This document shows positions 21,104 through 31,077 of a DNA stretch of 64,000 bases, one piece after another. Both the position numbers and the translations under genes were made by a program. The stretch comes from Alphaproteobacteria bacterium (GTDB taxonomy: Bacteria > Pseudomonadota > Alphaproteobacteria > MPNO01 > UBA830). The notes under the pieces are model-generated. The model ran no database searches, was not told where the DNA came from, and was given only the letters and a program-made list of their open reading frames with translations. Within the stretch, counting starts at the first letter, position 1; each line of letters starts with the position of its first letter. The stretch spans positions 1,280,001 through 1,344,000 of the forward strand of contig OZ219791.1 in NCBI GenBank assembly GCA_964291215.2. The letters run 5' to 3'.

Positions 21104-21799
21104 TCAGGCGAGCCAGGTCGTGAACGCGTCGACATCGATGCGTTCGGGCTGAAACCGGTTGACGCCGGCGCCGTCGTCCGACCATCCGATGCTCATGCCG
21201 CCGATCAGCGTGTGGTCGGCGCCGATGCCGAACATCCGGTGCGCGACATGCGGGTACATGCCGAGCGCGCCCTGCGCGGTTGCCGCCAGCCCCCAGCCCT
21301 GCGCCGACAGCACGATGGAATGGATGAAGGTGCCGTAATCGAGCCACGAGCCGTGCTCGAGATCGGCCAAGATCCAGAACAAGAGGCCGGTTCCGGCGCC
21401 GAAGAACTCAAAATTCCGCCGCATCGCCCGGCGCCGCCCCGCGCGGTCGTCGCGGGCGACGCCCATCGCGTCATAGAGGCCGTAGCCGCAGGCGCGCCGG
21501 CGCGCGAGGAATGGCTCGCGCCAGTTCGGTGGGTAGTAGTGATACTCCATGTCCGCGCTCTCGCCGGCCTCCTCGGCGGCCAGCAGGGCGCGGCTGTAGC
21601 GGCGCAAGCTCTCGCCATTGAGGATGTGCACCTTCCAGGGCTGGATGTTGGAGCCGGACGGTGCCCATCGCGCTGCCTCAAGGATGCGGCGCATGACCGC
21701 GTCGGGAACGGGTTCGGGACGGAACGCCCGGATCGAGCGCCGCGACAGGATTGCGTCCTCGACATGAACGTCCGGACGCTCTAGCCCGGGATCGGTCAT
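21104..21799 (-). CDS. Nitroreductase family flavoprotein
   Basis: SRRSIRAF and APSGSNIQPW motifs; the start may instead be 21856. Confidence 0.9.
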   Translation of the reverse strand: MTDPGLERPDVHVEDAILSRRSIRAFRPEPVPDAVMRRILEAARWAPSGSNIQPWKVHILNGESLRRYSRALLAAEEAGESADMEYHYYPPNWREPFLARRRACGYGLYDAMGVARDDRAGRRRAMRRNFEFFGAGTGLLFWILADLEHGSWLDYGTFIHSIVLSAQGWGLAATAQGALGMYPHVAHRMFGIGADHTLIGGMSIGWSDDGAGVNRFQPERIDVDAFTTWLA

Positions 21800-21874
21800 G
21801 TGCCGGCGCCGTTCGGCGGCGATCCGGGCTGGCGTGGGCGGTGCGGGGCCGGTCATCTCTGGTGCCCGGTGGTT

Positions 21875-22120
21875 TCAGGTGCCGACCGAGGGCGTCGGCG
21901 GCAGCCGGCCGCGCCACTTGATCCAGTTGAAGCTCGTGTCGCAGCTGCGGCAGCGGAACATGACCTCGGAAGCCGCGCCTCCGAAGAGCGAGAGCACCTC
22001 AAGGCCGCAGGATCCACAGTCGGGGCAGGACACGCCGTCGAAATCCGGGTCGCCGGAATGAAGCTCGCGATGGCGCGCGGCATAGCCGCCGCTCCGCCCG
22101 GCTCCGCGCTCAGTGGGCAA
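21875..22120 (-). CDS. Stand-alone PaaD-like zinc-ribbon protein
   Basis: CPDCGS..SLFG..CRSC..FNWIK; probable TTG start overlapping the upstream stop, with AAGGA RBS. Confidence 0.7.
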   Translation of the reverse strand: MPTERGAGRSGGYAARHRELHSGDPDFDGVSCPDCGSCGLEVLSLFGGAASEVMFRCRSCDTSFNWIKWRGRLPPTPSVGT

Positions 22121-22889
22121 GCTCGGCGTCCTTGAAGCGGACGACATTGAACAGCCCGTCGGGTAGCGGACCGGTCCGCCGCGCGTCCTCGCGCCAGTCG
22201 GCGCCGACGCTGACCGGGGTTTCATGGTCAAGCGGAGCGCCCAGCATTTCCGAAGCCTGCGCCGCCTCCTTGACGAAGGCGCTGCGCAGCGCGCTCAGCC
22301 GCACGTCGCGGAGCTCGGCCTTGAAAACCGGGTCCTGTCCCCGCGGCGGCCCGAACCAGGCCAGGGCCAGCGGGAAGCGGCGGGCATAGGCTTTCTGGAA
22401 ACGGGCCGTCGTCGCCTTCGCCTCGCCGATGATGCGGAACCAGCCGTGGGCGTATTTGAGGTGGAAATAGGCTTCCTCCCCGATCTTCTTGGTCAGGCCC
22501 GAGACAACGCGGTCGGAATGGTTGAGAAAGCCCGAGGCGAGCATCCAGGTCGCGAGTTCGGCGAGCCAGGTACTGACGATGAAATCCTCCCAGTTCGCCG
22601 GCGCATCGTCGAGGAGGTTCATCGCGTGGATGTCCTCGGGGCCGCGGCCGCGCTCAAGATGGACATAGCCGCGGCCATGCGCCGCGAGGTACTGGTAGAT
22701 TGCGCGGGTGTGGCCGTAATTGGCGGTGCACATGCCGAGGATCGCCGCGAAATCCGGCAGCGAGCGCCCGTTCATCACGCATTCCGCGTACCAGTTGCCG
22801 AGCACGAGCTTGGTGTCGGCAATGGCCAGCAGGTCGTTCTCGAATTCCGCATGCAGTCTGGTGCCCGGAGTCCCGGGTTCATAGGTCAT
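22110..22889 (-). CDS. PaaC-like structural subunit
   Basis: LLAIADTKLVLG, NYGH (degenerate ExxH) and EEAYFH. Confidence 0.8.
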   Translation of the reverse strand: MTYEPGTPGTRLHAEFENDLLAIADTKLVLGNWYAECVMNGRSLPDFAAILGMCTANYGHTRAIYQYLAAHGRGYVHLERGRGPEDIHAMNLLDDAPANWEDFIVSTWLAELATWMLASGFLNHSDRVVSGLTKKIGEEAYFHLKYAHGWFRIIGEAKATTARFQKAYARRFPLALAWFGPPRGQDPVFKAELRDVRLSALRSAFVKEAAQASEMLGAPLDHETPVSVGADWREDARRTGPLPDGLFNVVRFKDAELAH

Positions 22890-22916
22890 CTGACGCTGTC
22901 TCCATGTTGCGGGGCC

Positions 22917-23189
22917 TCAGCCCATCTTGATCTTGGCCGACTTGCCCTCTTCGGTGACGGTGATGATCGCGTCGAGCGGCACGACGCACATTTCCCGCCA
23001 GTGGTGCTGATCGTAGATGTACCATGCGCGCACCTTGGCAAGTTCGTCGTTGGGCGCCTCGACGGATCCGACATGCGACAGGTCGGACTCGGAATCGCGG
23101 CGCGCGAACACTTCGTAGTATTTGGGACTGGTCCCGCCACGCTCGCGCAGCTGGTTGATCTTCTTTCTGCGAATCGCCTGTACCGCCAT
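22917..23189 (-). CDS. PaaB-like small subunit
   Basis: YEVFAR..HVGSVEAPNDELA..A...Y..MCVVP. Confidence 0.8.
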   Translation of the reverse strand: MAVQAIRRKKINQLRERGGTSPKYYEVFARRDSESDLSHVGSVEAPNDELAKVRAWYIYDQHHWREMCVVPLDAIITVTEEGKSAKIKMG

Positions 23190-23206
23190 CGTTTTCCTCG
23201 CGCTCT

Positions 23207-23539
23207 TCAGACCTGTATGCCGTTGGTCCGCATCATTTCCTGCACCTCGGGCTCGATCATTTCGCGCGACCATGGAAGGTGCCAACCTTCCTCGACCACG
23301 ACCCCGCTGACGCCGTCGAGCGCCATCACCGCGTCGCGTATCGAGTCGCGCAGCATGCCGGCACCGGGGCAGCCCATGCACGGGATGCAGACCGCCACGC
23401 GCACGGTGCCGTCGTCCGCGATGTCGATGTCGCGCAGCATCCCCATGCGCCGGAGGCTGACCGGCACGTGAGGATCGTTGACCGTCTCGAGCGCGGCAGT
23501 GACATCGTCTCGGGATGGCGGTGGAGGCGCGGCGGCCAT
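23207..23539 (-). CDS. PaaD N-terminal-like (DUF59, FeS assembly) protein
   Basis: VNDPHVPVSL..MG, GCPG and PWSREMI. Confidence 0.82.
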   Translation of the reverse strand: MAAAPPPPSRDDVTAALETVNDPHVPVSLRRMGMLRDIDIADDGTVRVAVCIPCMGCPGAGMLRDSIRDAVMALDGVSGVVVEEGWHLPWSREMIEPEVQEMMRTNGIQV

Positions 23540-23562
23540 GGCGGGATCGTAGCCCTACGCCG

Positions 23563-24516
23563 TTACCAGAGGTCGTTGCCCCAGACCTCGGAGAGCACGC
23601 GGCTGATCGAGGGCACCTTGTGCTTCGAGCCCCGCTTCCAGATCTCGATCTGCTCTTCCCAGCTGATCGTCGTGGCGTAGTCCCAGGTGCGGGTTTCCTC
23701 GTCGAGGGCGATCGGGGGTTCGTAGTCGAGTACGTATCGGCCTTCGTCCTCATCCCAGTGGGCGGGGACCTTGATGCCGACGCTCTCCGAGAACGGGACG
23801 ATGCGCGAGAGCCATTTCTGGCGCATCTCGTCGTTGGAGGCGCCGCGGATACGGTAGCGGATCTGGTCGGTCCGGGTCTTCAGGTGATCGGGCAGGCCGA
23901 ACCAGGCGGCACAGAGCGGAAAATAGAAATCCACCGATTCCTGCACGCGCCGCCGGGCCGCCTCCGAGTGGTTCCAGAAAAACCGCACCCAGCGCTCGCC
24001 GTGGCTCACGTGGAAGGTCTCTTCGTAATTGACCTTGCGGAGCGAGCGGGCAAACGGAGCGTAGGAGCAATTCTCCTCGAGATCGACTGTCGTGATGTAG
24101 CCAGCACGGTCGCCGTAGCACATCGAGACGACGGATTCGATGTAGTCCTCGTGGGGAAATTCCAGCATCTGAAAGGTTCGCCACTCCTCGGGATCGCGCT
24201 CGAACAGGAACCTGTGCGTGTCGTATCCGAAATCCTCGAGGATGCGGTACATCATCTGCGCGTGTCCGAGCTCGTCCTGGCAGGCGGCGGCGATCGCAAT
24301 CTTGTCCTCGAGCGTCGGCGATGTCCTGATCGCCGGCGAATAGGTGGGCAGGGTGACGACCTCGAGATCGGCGGCGATGTGGATGGTGTTGACCAGCACG
24401 TTGCGGTAGCGCGGGGTCATCTCCTCGACATCTTCGAGCTTCTGCCCCGACGCCACGCGCTCCTGCAGGGCGCGCTCGCGCGGATCTTCCCGTTTGTCCT
24501 TGACTGCTGCGTCCAT
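23563..24516 (-). CDS. PaaA-like diiron catalytic subunit
   Basis: QDELGH and YEETFH diiron motifs; CSYAPFAR; SNDEMRQKW; GGAG RBS before ATG at 24516. Confidence 0.85.
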   Translation of the reverse strand: MDAAVKDKREDPRERALQERVASGQKLEDVEEMTPRYRNVLVNTIHIAADLEVVTLPTYSPAIRTSPTLEDKIAIAAACQDELGHAQMMYRILEDFGYDTHRFLFERDPEEWRTFQMLEFPHEDYIESVVSMCYGDRAGYITTVDLEENCSYAPFARSLRKVNYEETFHVSHGERWVRFFWNHSEAARRRVQESVDFYFPLCAAWFGLPDHLKTRTDQIRYRIRGASNDEMRQKWLSRIVPFSESVGIKVPAHWDEDEGRYVLDYEPPIALDEETRTWDYATTISWEEQIEIWKRGSKHKVPSISRVLSEVWGNDLW

Positions 24517-24550
24517 CTTGCTCCTGCTCCCGTCTGTCGTGATTGGTGGT

Positions 24551-25216
24551 CTAGCCGCGCCGTTCCGCAGCGACGCCGTCAATGACGAAGTCGCGGAACG
24601 CCCTGGCGAAATCGTGGCCGTCGAGACCGCGGCCGCGCATGTACCATTCGACGTAGCACCCCTTGTTGAGCGCCATGATTACGCTCGTGATCTCGTCGGC
24701 GCCGATACCGTTGCGGAACACGCCGCCGGCCTGGCCCGACTGCACCGTTTCGCGCAGCGCGTTTTCCATCCGCGCCATCATTTCCTGGAGGCGGACCTCC
24801 GTGCTTTCGCCCGAGCCATTGAATTCCGCACTCATCAGAATCGCGAGAAGCATGTACTCCGTCTTTTCGGCTCCGATGACGGACTGGGTGCGGATGAAGG
24901 CACCCAGGCGTTCGCTCGGGTCCATGCCGGCGTCGCCCATGGCGGCGATCGTGGGCTCAACGATCAACGCCTCGGCGCGGTCGAGCAGAGCTTCGAGCAG
25001 CATCGACTTGCTGCGGAAGTAGAAATACACCGCGCCCTTGGTCAGGCCCGCGGACTGCGCTATTTCCTCGACGGTGGTCGCATGATAGCCCTGCGTGATG
25101 AACAGCGTCAGCGCCGCCGACAGCAGGGATTCGATGCTTGCGGCCCGCTGTTCGCGCTTGGTCAGCGGCCGCGTGCGTTCCAGAACTTGGTCGGCGATTT
25201 GTGTCGTGTCGTCCAT
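24551..25216 (-). CDS. TetR/AcrR family regulator
   Basis: GYHATTVEEIA..AGLTKGAVYFYF.SK HTH. Confidence 0.92.
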   Translation of the reverse strand: MDDTTQIADQVLERTRPLTKREQRAASIESLLSAALTLFITQGYHATTVEEIAQSAGLTKGAVYFYFRSKSMLLEALLDRAEALIVEPTIAAMGDAGMDPSERLGAFIRTQSVIGAEKTEYMLLAILMSAEFNGSGESTEVRLQEMMARMENALRETVQSGQAGGVFRNGIGADEITSVIMALNKGCYVEWYMRGRGLDGHDFARAFRDFVIDGVAAERRG

Positions 25217-25260
25217 GGCAGAGCGGATGGCCCAAGCATCGTGAAGCCCACGCGTTTCAC

Positions 25261-25278
25261 ATACTGATCAGACAGTAT
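25261..25278. promoter_or_regulatory. Probable TetR operator
   Basis: Inverted repeat ATACTG-N6-CAGTAT about 45 bp upstream of the TetR start. Confidence 0.6.
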
Positions 25279-25322
25279 CTTCAATTCGTAGCCGTCGCAA
25301 GCCCGTCCCGGCGCGTCGGGCT

Positions 25323-26372
25323 TCAGCCCGCCTCCGCGCCCAGATCCTCGAGGGGCCAGCGCGGCCGCGGCGCGAAATCGAGCCCGTCGGCGCGGCCCGA
25401 CTGCAGGCGCTCGATCCCCGCCCAGGCAATCATCACGGCGTTGTCGGTGCAGAGCCCCTGCGGCGGCGCGACGAACTTGTAGCCGACCGACCCGCACAGC
25501 CCCAGCAACCGGCCGCGCAGGAAGCGGTTGGCGGCAACGCCGCCGGCCACGACCAGCGTCCGGTGGCCGCCGGTCGCGCCGTGCTGGCCGTCGAAGATCC
25601 GCATCGCCCTTGCGCAGCGGTCGACGAGCACATCCCCGACCGCGGCTTGGAACGAGGCGCAGACATCCGCTACGTCCCTTTCGGCCACCGTTTCGCCGCC
25701 GAGGCCCGCGACCGCGTGGCGGACTGCCGTCTTGAGCCCGGAGAACGAGAAGTCGCACCCGTCGCGCCCGCGCATGGGGCGGGGAAAGTCGAATCGTTCA
25801 GCGTCGCCGCCGACGGCGGCCGCCTCGACGGCCGGACCGCCGGGGAATCCAAGCCCGAGAATCCGCGCCGTCTTGTCGAAGGCCTCGCCGGCGGCGTCGT
25901 CGAGGGTCGATCCGAGCCGGGTGTAGCGTCGCGGGTCCTCGACGCCTAGGATTTGGCAGTGCCCGCCAGAGACCAGCAGCAGCAGATAGGGAAACGCGAC
26001 ATCGTCAGTGAGGCGTGCGGTCAGCGCGTGCCCCTCGAGATGGTTGATTGCGAGGAACGGACGGCCGAGCGTCGCGGCCATGGCCTTCGCCGTCATCACG
26101 CCGACGATCAGGCCGCCGATCAGGCCGGGACCGGCTGCGGCGGCGATGCCGTCGAGTTGCCCGGGCGCGATCCGCGCCCGGGACAGCGCAAGGCGCACGA
26201 TGCCGTCGATGGTTTCGAGATGCGCGCGCGCAGCGATCTCGGGCACCACGCCGCCATAGGGCCGGTGGTCCTCGATCTGTGAGTGGATCACGTTCGCGCG
26301 CACCGCGCCGTCGCCGTCGACGACTGCCGCTGCGGTCTCGTCGCAACTTGTCTCGATTCCCAGCACCGTCAT
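25323..26372 (-). CDS. tsaD: tRNA N6-threonylcarbamoyltransferase
   Basis: [32 protein letters not shown] and CTDNAVMI. Confidence 0.97.
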   Translation of the reverse strand: MTVLGIETSCDETAAAVVDGDGAVRANVIHSQIEDHRPYGGVVPEIAARAHLETIDGIVRLALSRARIAPGQLDGIAAAAGPGLIGGLIVGVMTAKAMAATLGRPFLAINHLEGHALTARLTDDVAFPYLLLLVSGGHCQILGVEDPRRYTRLGSTLDDAAGEAFDKTARILGLGFPGGPAVEAAAVGGDAERFDFPRPMRGRDGCDFSFSGLKTAVRHAVAGLGGETVAERDVADVCASFQAAVGDVLVDRCARAMRIFDGQHGATGGHRTLVVAGGVAANRFLRGRLLGLCGSVGYKFVAPPQGLCTDNAVMIAWAGIERLQSGRADGLDFAPRPRWPLEDLGAEAG

Positions 26373-26468
26373 TTTCGGCCCTTCTGCCGCAGCCCCGCAG
26401 GAGTCTCGCCAGCGCCTGCGGGGCGCAAGCCGCTTTCATGAAACGACATATGGTTCTAGACTCCGGAG

Positions 26469-27386
26469 ATGTCGACGTCACCCCTCAGAATCGGCACCCG
26501 GGGGAGCCCGCTGGCGATGGCGCAGGCCAGCGAGGTGCGCGACCGTCTGATTTTGGCCCATGGTGAAATCGACGCCACGATCGTGCCGATCACCACCACC
26601 GGCGACCGCCATCCGCTGCCGCCGGCACCCGCTGCCGGGGGCAAGGGAATGTTCACCGGCGAACTTGAACAGGCGCTTCTCGACGGCCGTATCGATATCG
26701 CGGTCCATTCGATGAAGGATCTCCCGGCGCCGTTGCGGCGCGGTCTCGATATCGACTGCTATCTGCCGCGCGAGGATCCGCGCGACATGCTGGTCTCCCC
26801 GGATGCGTGGGACCTCGCGGGGCTGCCGCCGGAAGCGACCGTCGGCACCGCTTCACCGCGCCGTCGTGCGCTGCTGCTGTATCACCGTCCCGATCTCCGC
26901 ATTGTGCCGTTTCGCGGCAATGTCGACACCCGCCTAGCCCGTCTCGAGAGCGGGGAAGTCGATGCGACCGTGCTCGCGGCCGCCGGCATCAAACGCCTCG
27001 GGCGCGGGGACGTCACGGGGATACCGCTGGATCCCTCGACGGTCCTGCCGGCGGCCTGCCAGGGTATTATCGGAGTCCAGCGGCGGGTCGGGAATCGCCG
27101 AGCCGCGGCGCTCCTTGAGCCGGTGAACGATCCCGCGGCAACGGCGAGCGCGACCGCCGAGCGGGCGCTGCTGGTCGGGCTCGACGGTTCGTGCCAGACC
27201 GCGATCGCTGCCCTCGCGTCGCCGCATGGCGACTGCCTGACCCTGCGCTCCGCCATCGCGCGGCCCGACGGTGGCGAGGTGCTGGAAACCGAGCGCCGGG
27301 GATCGTGGAGCGACGCTGCGGCGCTCGGCGCCAGCGCGGCGACGGAATTGCGTGAACGTTCGGGACCCGGGTTCTTCCATGGTTAA
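26469..27386 (+). CDS. hemC: Hydroxymethylbilane synthase
   Basis: GTRGSPLA, AVHSMKD, RGNVDTRL and LDGSC. Confidence 0.95.
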   Translation: MSTSPLRIGTRGSPLAMAQASEVRDRLILAHGEIDATIVPITTTGDRHPLPPAPAAGGKGMFTGELEQALLDGRIDIAVHSMKDLPAPLRRGLDIDCYLPREDPRDMLVSPDAWDLAGLPPEATVGTASPRRRALLLYHRPDLRIVPFRGNVDTRLARLESGEVDATVLAAAGIKRLGRGDVTGIPLDPSTVLPAACQGIIGVQRRVGNRRAAALLEPVNDPAATASATAERALLVGLDGSCQTAIAALASPHGDCLTLRSAIARPDGGEVLETERRGSWSDAAALGASAATELRERSGPGFFHG

Positions 27387-29658
27387 GCCGTTCGAATCGA
27401 GCAGCCGTCATGCCCTGATCACCCGCCCCCGCGAGGATGCGGCGGCAGTCGCCGCGGCAGTAATGCGCCGAGGCGTGATGCCCGTGATCTCGCCGGTCAT
27501 GACCGTCGAACAGTTCGATATCGAAATTGACCGCGACGTCGATCGCTGCCAGGCGATTCTTTTCACCAGCGGCAACGGCGTGCGCGCGTTTTGCCGCCTG
27601 TCCGACAGGCGCGACAAGCACGCATATGTGGTCGGATCCGCGACCGCCGCGCTGGCTCGCGACAGCGGTTTCGCTCTGGTCACCAGTGCCGACGGAAACA
27701 GCGCCGATCTTGCACGGATGGTCGCCGCCAGCTTGAGCGCCTATGACGGCCCGCTGTTCCACGCAGCGGGAACGACGGTCGCTGGCGATCTGTCGAGGCA
27801 GCTCGACGAGGCCGGATTCGAGACCGTGCGGCGCACGCTCTATGCGGCCCGCCCGGTCGACCGGCTGCCGCCCGAGGCCGAAACCGCGCTGCGCGAGGAC
27901 AGGTTCGACTATGTCCTGCTCTTCTCGCCGAGAACCGCGAAGGTGTTCGGAGGGCTCGTGGAGGCCGCAGGGCTGGCGCCGGCGCTGGGTCGCATCGCCG
28001 CGGTCTGCCTGTCGGGGGCGGTGGCCGATGAACTCGACGGTGAATCGTGGAAGGAGATCCGGGTTGTCGACCGGCCGACGCTTGAAGCCATGGTCGAGGC
28101 CATCGACGCTGCCGCGGCCGGAACCGCCGGGCCGGAGAATGCCGGAACCGGACAGCCGTCGACGACGCCTGCCGATGCAGCGCCGGAACCCGAGATCGAA
28201 ATCATCGTGCCGGAGGATGCTGCGGGCCGGCTCGGGGCCGGCAGAACGGACAGCAGTTCTGACGCCAGCGGGATGCCCGGCGCGGCGCCGTGGGGCTTCC
28301 GGGCGCGCAGCGCCGCGGGTGCCCCCGTTTCGGGAACCGGCGCCGGTTCGCCGGACACGCCGCCGGGGAGCGATGGCCGGCCGGGTCCGACCGGCCCCGC
28401 TTCCCCGACGCCAGCGGCGCTGCGGGGTGGGTACTTCTCGCGTCGGGCGGCGATCGCCGCCGGCGCCGTTGTCATCGTGGTGGCCGTGGCCTTCGGCTAT
28501 CTCGTGTGGTCGTTGTGGCAGACCCGGGCAACCGGTCAGGAGGTCCGGGCGCTTGTGACGCTTGGCGAATCGCAGCGCGCCGACCTGGCGAGGCTGGCCG
28601 AACAGCGGAACGCCGACCTGGTCCGCCTCGACGCGGAACGGCACGCCGGGCTTGCCGCACTCCGTGAGGAGAGCGCACTCCTTGCCCGGGAAGTCGCCGG
28701 GTTGAAGGACTGGCTGGCCGCGGCCGAGGCTCGACTTGCGGATGCTGACGGGCTCGTTGCGCGCCTGGACGCGCTTGAGAAGGAGGATCGAGCATCGGAT
28801 GGTAGCGCTGCCGCTGCCGCCGTCGGCGGGCTTGCAGAGCGCATCGACGGCGTCGAAAGCCGGCTGGCCGAAGCGGAGAAGGCTCGCGTGGCTGCCGAGG
28901 AACGGCTGCGGACCCGCGACCGGTCCGAGACCGGGTTGCGTTCGGAGCTCGACCGCGCGCACGCCCGCATCGACGAGCTCGGGTCGGTGCTGAAATCGGT
29001 GCAGGAGGCGTCCGGCGATCCGGCGCGAACGGCTGCGGAGCTGCATTCGGGGCTGGACCGCGCCAATGCCCGCATCGACGAGCTCGGGTCGTTGGTGAAG
29101 TCGGTCCGGGAGACGCCGCGCGATCCGGGACGCTACGGCGTCATTGCCCTGGCGGCGAGCCGGCTGCGCGAGGCGATGACAGGCCCGCGCCCGTTCGCCA
29201 CGGAACTTGCCGCCGTTGAGAACTTGGCGCGCGGGGACGCCGACATAGCCAAGGCGATCGCCGCGCTCGCTCCATACGCAGCCGATGGTGTTCCGTCACG
29301 GGTTCTTCTGTTCGACCGGTTTTCCGATGTCGTTCGCGCCGTCGCGGCGGCGGTTCCGGAAGCCGATGTGGCGGGAGACTGGTGGGACCAGGCTGTCACC
29401 GAACTGAGGAACCTCGTCAGGATCCGGCGCGTGGACGGCAGCGGCGGCGGTGTTCACTCGATTCTTGCCCGCGCCGAGACGCAGGCGCGTCGTGGCGATC
29501 TCGCCAGCATGGTCCTTGAACTCTCCGGGCTTGAGGGTCGTCCGGCCACCGCCGCGCGGCGCTGGCTCGACGAGGCGCGGGCGAGACTCGCCGTCGAGAG
29601 CGCGGCAGCGGCGCTCAACTATGTCGTTCTCGACCGTCTCGGGGCTGCCGGCGGCTGA
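27379..29658 (+). CDS. hemD: Uroporphyrinogen-III synthase fused to a TM/coiled-coil/mitofilin-like (COG4223) region
   Basis: LITRP, FTSGNGV, VGSATA and FSPRTA, then a low-complexity linker, one TM, coiled coil and PFATEL..GVPS..LVRIRR..LARAE; lies between hemC and hemY. Confidence 0.82.
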   Translation: MVKPFESSSRHALITRPREDAAAVAAAVMRRGVMPVISPVMTVEQFDIEIDRDVDRCQAILFTSGNGVRAFCRLSDRRDKHAYVVGSATAALARDSGFALVTSADGNSADLARMVAASLSAYDGPLFHAAGTTVAGDLSRQLDEAGFETVRRTLYAARPVDRLPPEAETALREDRFDYVLLFSPRTAKVFGGLVEAAGLAPALGRIAAVCLSGAVADELDGESWKEIRVVDRPTLEAMVEAIDAAAAGTAGPENAGTGQPSTTPADAAPEPEIEIIVPEDAAGRLGAGRTDSSSDASGMPGAAPWGFRARSAAGAPVSGTGAGSPDTPPGSDGRPGPTGPASPTPAALRGGYFSRRAAIAAGAVVIVVAVAFGYLVWSLWQTRATGQEVRALVTLGESQRADLARLAEQRNADLVRLDAERHAGLAALREESALLAREVAGLKDWLAAAEARLADADGLVARLDALEKEDRASDGSAAAAAVGGLAERIDGVESRLAEAEKARVAAEERLRTRDRSETGLRSELDRAHARIDELGSVLKSVQEASGDPARTAAELHSGLDRANARIDELGSLVKSVRETPRDPGRYGVIALAASRLREAMTGPRPFATELAAVENLARGDADIAKAIAALAPYAADGVPSRVLLFDRFSDVVRAVAAAVPEADVAGDWWDQAVTELRNLVRIRRVDGSGGGVHSILARAETQARRGDLASMVLELSGLEGRPATAARRWLDEARARLAVESAAAALNYVVLDRLGAAGG

Positions 29659-29666
29659 CGGGACCG

Positions 29667-31076
29667 GTGATCAGATTCGTCATTCTGCTTGTCGTCGCCC
29701 TGGCGCTCGTCGTCGCGGGGGCGGCCTGGCTCAGCGCGAGGCCGGGAGCCGTCGCGATCGAGTGGCAGGGCTGGCTGATCGAGATGTCCGCGGGGAGCCT
29801 CGCGCTGATCGGCGTCATGGTTGTGGTACTGGCGGTTCTCGTTGTCGGAATCGTGCGCCTCATCTGGCAGTTGCCGGGATCGGTCCAGAACAGCCTCCGC
29901 GCGTCGCGTCGCGACCGCGGCTACCGGACGCTGACCCGGGGCATGGTGGCCGCCGCCGCCGGCGAGCCCGACGAGGCTCTCAGGCTGGCGCGCCGCGCCA
30001 ATGCGCTGCTCGACGATCCGCCACTGACCATGCTGCTGTCAGCCCAGGCGGCACAACTCAACGGCGAGGAGGAGGCGGCGCGCAGTTATTTTCTCGAGAT
30101 GCTCGAACGGCCCGACATGGCCTTTCTCGGACTTCGCGGCTTGCTGATGCAGGCGCAGCGCGGCGGCGACCGGGCGGCGGCGCTGGAATATGCGCGCCGG
30201 GCCTATGAGCTGCAGTCCGGTTCGTCGTGGGTTCTCTCGACCCTGTTCGACCTCTACGTCGAAAGGCGCGAGTGGTCGGAAGCGCTGGCCATCCTTGACG
30301 ACGCCGCCAGGCACAGGGTCGAGATGCCGGATGTCGGGGGCCGGATGCGGGCGGCGGTACTGCTCGGTTGCAGCGGTGAGGCCGAGGAGGCCGGCCGGCA
30401 GTCGCGCGCGCTGCGCTATGCGCGGCGCGCGCAGGTCTTGGCGCCATCGTTCCTTCCAGCCGTGCTGCGCACCGTCGAACTCCTGGTGCGGTCGGGAAGC
30501 ACGGGGCGTGCGAGCCGGATGATTCTTGAGACTTGGGCCGAGACCCCGCATCCCGAACTCGCCCGCGTCTACGGCGAGGTTGGCACCGGCGGTAACCCGT
30601 TGAAGAGGGTGCTGCGACACGAGGAACTGCTCGCGGCCAATCCCGAGCATCAGGAAAGCCACGTGGCGCTTGCTGAGGCAGCGCTCGGCGCCGGGCTTTG
30701 GGGCGAGGCGCGCAATCACCTGGGCAGGGCGGCGGCGCAGGATCCGTCGGCGCGCGTCTGTCGTCTGATGGCAGAGCTGGAGGAACGCGAGCGCGGGGAC
30801 GAGGAGAAAGTACGATCTTGGCTCCTCAGGGCGTCGTCGGCAGCTCCGGATCCGGCCTGGGTGTGCAGCGATTGCGGGAACGCCTGGGAAAACTGGGCCG
30901 CATTGTGCGGCAGTTGCGGCGCTCTGGGCACGCTGGACTGGCGCCCGCCGGCCCGTGCGCTTGCGCTTGGTTTGGACGCGGTGCATACCGGTGCCGTCGC
31001 TGTCGCCGGGGCGAACATGTTTCCTGCGGTAACGGAGGGAGATGCCGGACAGCCGGCGCCGCCGGCCGCCGGATAG
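29667..31076 (+). CDS. hemY: HemY-like membrane TPR protein
   Basis: Two N-terminal TMs; LLSAQAAQ, FLGLRGL and PHPELA; C-terminal CxxC..CxxC. Confidence 0.85.
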   Translation: MIRFVILLVVALALVVAGAAWLSARPGAVAIEWQGWLIEMSAGSLALIGVMVVVLAVLVVGIVRLIWQLPGSVQNSLRASRRDRGYRTLTRGMVAAAAGEPDEALRLARRANALLDDPPLTMLLSAQAAQLNGEEEAARSYFLEMLERPDMAFLGLRGLLMQAQRGGDRAAALEYARRAYELQSGSSWVLSTLFDLYVERREWSEALAILDDAARHRVEMPDVGGRMRAAVLLGCSGEAEEAGRQSRALRYARRAQVLAPSFLPAVLRTVELLVRSGSTGRASRMILETWAETPHPELARVYGEVGTGGNPLKRVLRHEELLAANPEHQESHVALAEAALGAGLWGEARNHLGRAAAQDPSARVCRLMAELEERERGDEEKVRSWLLRASSAAPDPAWVCSDCGNAWENWAALCGSCGALGTLDWRPPARALALGLDAVHTGAVAVAGANMFPAVTEGDAGQPAPPAAG

Positions 31077-31077
31077 T

